Made by a program: the position numbers and the translations under genes. From positions 1 through 52,901 of the forward strand of contig KZ538701.1 of the NCBI GenBank assembly GCA_000934665.2: a stretch of DNA of 52,901 nucleotides, in the 5' to 3' direction. This DNA is from Catajapyx aquilonaris. Lineage: Eukaryota. Positions 46,141 to 52,901 of this stretch are shown here, piece after piece. Below the pieces are notes generated by a model. That model made no database searches. It saw only the letters and a list, made by a program, of their open reading frames with translations, and had not been told where the DNA came from. Position 1 is the stretch's first letter, and every line of letters begins with the position of its first letter.

Positions 46141-47458
46141 CTTTGAAAGACTAACAATGCTGCCAATCTTACTTTTCGCCAGGGATAGGGATGCCAACAT
46201 GGCTCTCCAATACGGTGCCATTTCATGAATACAGTATCAGAAGGCTGGAAGGCCTAACGTACTACAACACTATTAAGCAGTCATGTAGAGACGATAGACG
46301 AACGTGACCTCAATACTTTTTAGGGAGAGGGAGGAATCACAGGCTGTAAGCAGGTGCAGAAGGACTGGGAAAATCACATACGTACTAGTAAATAAGTATA
46401 CTGTAGCTAGTTTTGCTTCCTTATTGCATGGCATTATATAGCCTAGTCTGGAGGAGATACAGCATGCTTGATGAAAATAATTGTGTCATGCCCATGGGTT
46501 CATACAAATGAACAGATCGCATGCACTTGACAAAATCTGATGCTTATATTGTGGAGCACTTTTCATAGACAACAGAGCAGCCATCATCATCAACCAGGGT
46601 TCCACAAAGATGTTTGGAGTAATACCTAATGTATTAGCCTAGTACTATGTACTATGATTCAATATTATGGTTTCAACCCAAATATTCCCATATTATTTTA
46701 TTGTTTAATTTTTAAGTGTTTCTTTTTATGAGCAAATGAAAAACTAACACAGTAGCCTAACTAAATATCTAACATATGTGCAAGTGTCTAAGAATTACAG
46801 TTTTATGGATTTCTAAATCGTAACTTCTAAATAAGCCTTACTTTGTAGTCATTGAGGTGTCCACTACAAGGGATGGTCGGCAAATTTGGGTTAAGAATGG
46901 CAGAGAATTTTATTATAAGGGTTCCTGTAAGGTGTAAGGTTTTGTGGCAATGCAAAGGATTCCATGACAAGATTGTAGTTGAATATTGCTCTACTATTGG
47001 ATCATTCATTATACGGGACTGGCGTAACAAACCAAGTAGAGCGACCATCCTGCAGTCCACTCACCCAAGAGGAAGGGTCCAGACTGAACCACAGATGGAC
47101 ATAATTATTGTCATGTTAGCTACCAGATTTTTTTCCCCTAAATATAGTGCACGGGCAGCAATTTGTTAAATTAAATGTAATTTGGTTGGTTTTTCTTCCT
47201 ACTGCTAGTTAGCAGTCTACTTCTGCCAGCAACTTGTATGTACAACCATGTGATAATAACTCATGAGGAAGTGTATGTGAGAATTCTGACTAGCAAATGC
47301 AAGCCGCTAGCAGACTTAGCAGGGGGACGAAAAACCCACCCATTATCATTGAAAGTTAAGCAAGATTTTTGACAGTAGGCCTACCCTGCCTTGGTCTTAT
47401 GGCTAGTAGTTTTACTGGTAGTAATTGTTTTTACGAAACTAGGCATTTGCAGCATGCT

Positions 47459-47484
47459 TATAATAATAATAACAATAACAATGA

Positions 47485-47536
<52 letters not shown>

Positions 47537-47664
47537 AATAATAATAATAGCAATAATAATAACAGCAATAACAATATTAATAATAATACAATAACAATAA
47601 TAATAACAACAATAATACAATAACAATAATAATAACAACAATAACAATGATATTAATAATAATA
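47459..47664. repeat. Compound (AAT)/(ATT)/(AAC) microsatellite
   Basis: Direct reading. Confidence 0.95.
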
Positions 47665-48232
47665 CCTTATTACCTCTCATAAAGCGGCATGCCGATATAA
47701 AACAAGGTCGACCAGCATGCCGCATGCTGGTATAACCTGGGGTAGCCGGCATGCCGCAATAACTGAGGCAGATTTCCGTAATTTTGATCCTTATTGTTGC
47801 CAAATTTTTTGGAATGCTTCTGGTACCATACTAAAACAATGTTATAATGAAAATTGGCGAGTGTACAGGCTGTGAGAATATGCAAATTCTGTTGCACAGT
47901 GCATATAAAATATGTAGATTGTGTGACCAATCCCATCATCAGTCTGCTTTGACAGGTGAACCCCCTGCTCCAACATACTGTTTGAATACATAGATTATTG
48001 CCACGCACTGCAATTGAAAACAATATATTTGGAAAATGTGCCTTTTCGATAGCCTTTATGTGAATTTCGATTTTCAGCCAAATGTCAAGTTCGGAAAGGA
48101 TAATGTAACTTATGCGAAAACCTTGCCTTATACCGGCATGCCGGGATAGCCACCAACCAGATAATGCATTATTTTCTAAAAACTGGTCGACCCCGACTAC
48201 ACTGGCATGCCGCTTTATGAGAGGTAATACGG
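47665..48232. mobile_element. CCGTA-terminated MITE, copy 2 (no Helitron insertion)
   Basis: TA|CCTTATTACCTCTCATAAAGCGGCATGCC...GGCATGCCGCTTTATGAGAGGTAATACGG|TA. Confidence 0.85.
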
Positions 48233-48335
48233 TAATAAAAAGAATGAACTTCTGTACTTGAGCTACTGTACAGTGTACAGGGTGGCTCTGCTAAATTAGG
48301 ACACATTTTGCAATCTAACAGTATAAAGACGACAA

Positions 48336-48664
48336 GGGGAGGCGGAGTGGTGCTGCGGTAACGTATGCGTCCATGGATGTTAAGGTCCCTGGTTCAATCC
48401 CAGCCCGGGGACACCCCCTTCATCTTGTGCAGAGTTCAGGGTCACCTCTGGCTTCGTCTCGGGTGGTATTTCCACAGACTAAACCACCCGGGGGAGTTCA
48501 CTAAAAATGGCCATGTATAAGACATTGCACTGCACCTTGCACATCCCCTCCTGTCATCCTGCCCGTGGTCCCGGGCGTTACGTACAAAGGTTCCAAATGT
48601 ACTTGACATGTAATAAATAAACGTCCGTGCTACATACCTCAGATGAGGTCAAGCACTACCCCGA

Positions 48665-48735
<71 letters not shown>

Positions 48736-48742
48736 CATTATC
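48336..48742 (+). mobile_element. SINE family B, full length with (ATT)n tail
   Basis: A and B boxes; TSD ATAAAGACGACAA. Confidence 0.88.
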
Positions 48743-48949
48743 ATAAAGACGACAATATGTAGTATACTGTAATTGGTATAACAACAAGGTGTTTCTCTTG
48801 GGTTTACAAAACTGCCATGCATGGTCAGCATTGTGAACTGCACCATGACCACTACTATCACGGTTGTCCATGTGGGGAGGACCCCCAAGGAGATAGTGAA
48901 GTTCCTCAAGCTCCCAAAAGAGCCTGATTTACTGGATAAAAAGAACTAT

Positions 48950-49206
48950 AATGGATACCCCGTGCTAGGCCTCCATGGGCCTCTTAGGGGATCATCTTTT
49001 CTTTAACCGACTTTAATCATCGCCTACGCTGTGATGGATTTTGATTGTGGGAGGAAACGAGAGAACCTCGAGAAAACCCACGCGAACAGGGAGATAACCC
49101 ATCGAAACTCTATACACATAAGTATCCTCCGTCCGACCCGGGGATCGAACTCGGAACCTTAGAGGTGGAAGGCTGCAGCACTAACCACTCCGCCACTGTG
49201 TCGCCC
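48950..49206 (-). mobile_element. tRNA-headed SINE with V-domain-like core, full length
   Basis: Minus strand: A box TGGCGGAGTGG, B box GAGTTCGATCCC, core GCGTGGGTTTTCTCGAGGTTCTCTCGTTTCCTCCCACA; TSD GATAAAAAGAACTAT. Confidence 0.85.
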
Positions 49207-50869
49207 GATAAAAAGAACTATGATGCTGCGGAGAACCAGGAGGAGTTCTTTTCTTACGCAAAATGCATGCCCATTGCTGCATCACCAAGAGAGACAATTA
49301 AGGAGTTTGTCACCACAGTTGTTGACAAGATTGAGAAGATGGAGAGGACCCAGGCAAGTTCATATGCATTCTGGCCAAAGAGAATGGTGTGCACCACAAG
49401 ATCATCTCCAGCAAGACAGTGAAAGATTGGGATAAAGGCCTATTCTTGAGGACTGGCAGTCTCCTGACGGACGCCATGAAGGAGAGACCTAAGGCACCAT
49501 TGGGAGTTGGACTTATGGTCTCGCAGCTTCCCAGTGGAAAATGAAGGAAATGTGGAAGCCACGAAAGTCGAGATGACACATCATATTCAGGCTTATAATT
49601 CGACGTGTTACGGCTTACGCAAGTTGAGTCAGTGCGCCATGTTACATGTCCTTGCGGAGGCCCCAAGGAATGACTGTGCATGCAATTCTTGTAATCTGTA
49701 AATGTCAATGAGTAATATTGGCACAAACCTGATATGTTTCAGTGTCCATTCGTTATGGTGAAACATGAATCTGATCGTGTGGGGCAACATGTGCATTTGA
49801 CAGTTGTATCTTCTCGGTTTCAAAGGTAAGTCAGGGAGGGAGTGAGCTGGACATTTTCCATTAAATGCATCATCTCTCTCAAATGACTGTAAACATCATT
49901 TCTCCGCCGTTACGAACGGACTCCCCATGTAGTGAGGCACACTTGCGCAGGCAAGCTACACAGGTGACACCATTGGACAGTACCAGTTATGAGACCTCCA
50001 TCCTACAATCACTACAGAGCAGTTCCACGAAAATGTGTTTCCTACATAAGCGTGCAAAAACCTAAGTTGTAGGGAAAAATCATGTTAACATAAATTGACA
50101 TGATTAATTCGGAACTAGATAGCTATTGCGTGTGATATGTACCTAATTTCCTGCCACTGTATGATTCTCTACATTGGGAAAGTGATACATGTCCACACAC
50201 ATTATGCAGGATACATACCGTGTGCTTCAGAATGAACATGAAATAGTGTCATGTACTATCCTAGGTTCAATGTCCCATTCGCATTGGATGAAACGATGTC
50301 ACGTACCTGCTGGTCACCTTCACAGGGACTTCAAATTATACAGAGCAGAGAGGAACGGGATGGAATGGGAAAGGTAGCGGGGATGATGAGGGGATGAGAG
50401 GGGGGAAATATGCATTCGTTCACCTAATTTATGCAGCACAATTGGGATTTGAAACATTCATGTGCTGTCAGCTTGTAGGAGCGTCGATACAATTTCACCC
50501 AATACAAATGAGAATCTCGAATAATTTGGCATTGGGAACTGTTCTTAACAAAGAAAGTTAGAGTCGTATGTCCAGCATTCCTTAAAGTGACTGAAATTTT
50601 CTGTATGTAGGTAACTGTCCTGAAGTCATTGTGAAATAAATTTGTGTCTTCAGAAGTAGGACTATGAACTTGAAGTTGCCTTCATGACAACAGCATCAAC
50701 CTCAATTTGGTTTAAACAGCATTTCTCCACATAAGGTATTTTATTTTCCCTTTCCCAGTCACTCTAGGAAAGTCTGTGTTCTGTTGTCATGCACGTCGCC
50801 ATGAAGTAGTTGTATGCTTCCTGCTGTGTGTATTTATCCCTTTTTTCTGAATAAAAATAGCTTCACAAC

Positions 50870-51307
50870 TGTCGGTGGATTACGATGTCCATTCGTTACA
50901 ATCTGTCCATTCGTTACGGCAGCATGGAGAGATCGGCGCTGATGTTGCCATTATATGAAAACTCGAAGATCATAAACGATTTTGCTTCCTTCAATGCTTC
51001 TCTTGCCAACGTCACAAGAAATTGACGTTTCTGACCTCGGAGCTCGCAGATTTTCGACACTGTTATGTTGGCGTGAAGGCGGATTTTTATGTCTCGGACG
51101 CGTCTGTTTGTTACGCAGACTTTGAAGACGTGTACAAGGGTATGTTATCGTAACGAAATGCATGCACTGCATGAAATGGATTCAGCATAGCCACATGCTA
51201 CATGCAATATGCTACCATTTTCCCTGACAGTCTATTTATCCTCTCTGCGAACGTTTTCATTGCGGAAATAGAGAACGACTTTCTGTTCGTTACGCGTGGA
51301 AATGCCC
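50870..51307 (-). mobile_element. End fragment of a second Sola-like element
   Basis: The minus strand from 51307 reads GGGCATTTCCACGCGTAACGAAC, close to GGGCAATTCCATGCGTTACGTAC at 6877. Recurrent CGTTAC motifs; the other end was not found. Confidence 0.45.
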
Positions 51308-51326
51308 AGATACAGTACTTATGGTT

Positions 51327-51870
51327 ACCGAAGCAGTGGTAGCGGAGGGGATATGGTATCCGACTGCTAATCGGGAGGTCCTGGGTTCGTTCCCCGGGGC
51401 CGGCAACCCTAACCGTGGTTTTCTGTGGTTTCCCACGGTCCCTCCAGGTAAATGCCGGGGTTGTTTCCTAAAATAATAGGCCACAGCCGCTTCTTCCATC
51501 CCTATCCTATTCCCAAAAAGCGAAGTAAAAATGCAAAGAAAGAGTTCCAGTCAGTACTTATGGTTGAACCGAAGCAGGTTGGTGTAGTGGATATGGAGTC
51601 TGCCTGCTAATCAGGAGGCCCTGGGTTCAAATCATGGGGCAGGTGACCCTGACCGTGGTTTTCTGTGGTTTCACCCGGTCCCCCCAGAAAAATTCCGGGG
51701 TCGTTTCTGTAAAAAAGGCCACAGCCGCTTCCTTCCATCCCTATCCTTGGCCCCACCCATGTGTGATGTAAGAGTCAGAAAAATGGAAGAAAACTGATGG
51801 TGGTATGCCACCCGCCTAAAAGGGCTCCCCCCTATCACGGGGTAAAATGAAATTGAAAAAAATTGAAAAA
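51327..51870 (+). mobile_element. Two tandem SINE family A copies (51327-51551 and 51568-51870)
   Basis: Same head and body. The first copy is flanked by the direct repeat CAGTACTTATGGTT; the second ends ..ATCACGGGGTAAAA. Confidence 0.85.
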
Positions 51871-52901
51871 ATATACAATACTTATGTTTGACATAATTCA
51901 CTTCATTGTAATCATCATCTATTCCTCTTTTTAACGACGTTTCTATTTACTTGTTCATTTGTCCTCATTATCGGGACCATCCTGTATGTATACAGGGTGT
52001 GTATGTGAATTCACTTGCCAAAATGGTACAGGCGGTTGGGGATGCTTATGGAAGAAGCATGGCATGAGTCCAAAAAGCCGGCAACAGCATTGACGATGTC
52101 TATCCTGACAGATATGGATACCCCTGTACACAGCCATACCAGGTTGGCAGAAGCCCGAACCAGGTCCGGTTCAGTGTGATACTGGCCGTACTCTCCCGTG
52201 AGTCGCATACCAATAATCGACCTTCATCCTGGCGTCACATAGGGAGAATTTGGGAATAGGAATCTTGGAGGGTTTTAACCAGGTTTTCGGTATAGTTATT
52301 ATCAGGTGATTGGGAACGTTTTAGGATGTCATCGAAAGGGAAAACCATGTCCCTTAGGGTGGAGTGAAAAAAGTCAATATTTTTTTTTCGGAAACGGGTA
52401 TTCTTCAATGACTGTGTATGAGACCTAGTAACAATTCTGTAAAATTTTTAATTTTTACGACGTCATCTTGAGTCTGCACATTTGGCTTAAAGTTTGAAAT
52501 TTTTTGAAATTTTTTTATATTCTTACAAATTTTTTTATATTCTTACAAATTTTTTTTAAGTACTTGAAACAAAAAAAACCCCTGCCGGGTAGTCACTACA
52601 TAGTTGAACAAGGCCTGAAATATAGACAGGATTTTTTAAAACATTTTTAGGTGGTGGTTTCAGTCTGCATATGAGGCTTAAACTTATCCAAATATTCGTA
52701 AATGTCTGATATTTTTAACGTTTTATCATTATTTCTGATATCCTCTTTTAATGTTATCAAAACTTGTTTATATAGCTTTCGTTATTCAACTTTGCATTGT
52801 GCATCTCTTCGCTACTGCATATTAAACTACCCAGGACTCACCACGGGGAGGTGGTTGCACTTGGAGTCCCACCCATGCCCTCCCAACCACCCAACCATGA
52901 G

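Larger units (their letters stand above)
48277..50159 (+). pseudogene. Probable decayed Tc1/mariner-superfamily (maT/rosa-like) element interrupted by two SINEs
   Basis: Left end TA|CAGGGTGGCTCTGCTAAATTAGGACAC and a weak right end GTACCTAATTTCCTGCCACTG|TA. The remnant VGRTPKEIVKFLKLP..DKKNY resembles a transposase HTH. Confidence 0.35.

Noticed and set aside
47369..47803. Poly-I/N/L/Y ORFs here and at 23732-24188, 41187-41405 and 48649-48909
   Set aside because: Translations of (ATT)n microsatellites.

Overview
Eukaryotic, repeat-rich genomic DNA, probably from an arthropod (inferred from the insect-like ADAP C-terminus and the SINE types). There are two convergent spliced host genes. NAT9 is on the + strand with five coding exons at 981-10552; its first exon lies upstream of the window. 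A complete 7-exon ArfGAP/dual-PH gene (ADAP/centaurin-alpha, 383 aa) is on the - strand at 38942-46140. The standout feature is a complete, apparently young, autonomous-looking Sola2-type DNA transposon at 30770-34725. It has a 4-bp AAAA TSD, ~640-bp terminal inverted repeats and an intact 782-aa DDD transposase. The transposase N-terminal Cys/His domain closely resembles the N-terminal domain of vertebrate ARL14EP/C11orf46 (compared from memory), which suggests a transposase origin for that host domain. The element sits inside a multi-level nest of older elements. A second nest at 11.3-14.4 kb runs Tigger-like remnant > CCGTA MITE > Helitron > SINE. The window also holds many MITEs (hAT, Tc1/mariner/pogo, Harbinger, piggyBac-like, Sola-like), several tRNA-headed SINE families that share a 3' tail (one with a V-SINE-like core), and (ATT)n microsatellites. 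Family assignments rest on recalled motifs and termini/TSD rules; no database searches were run.
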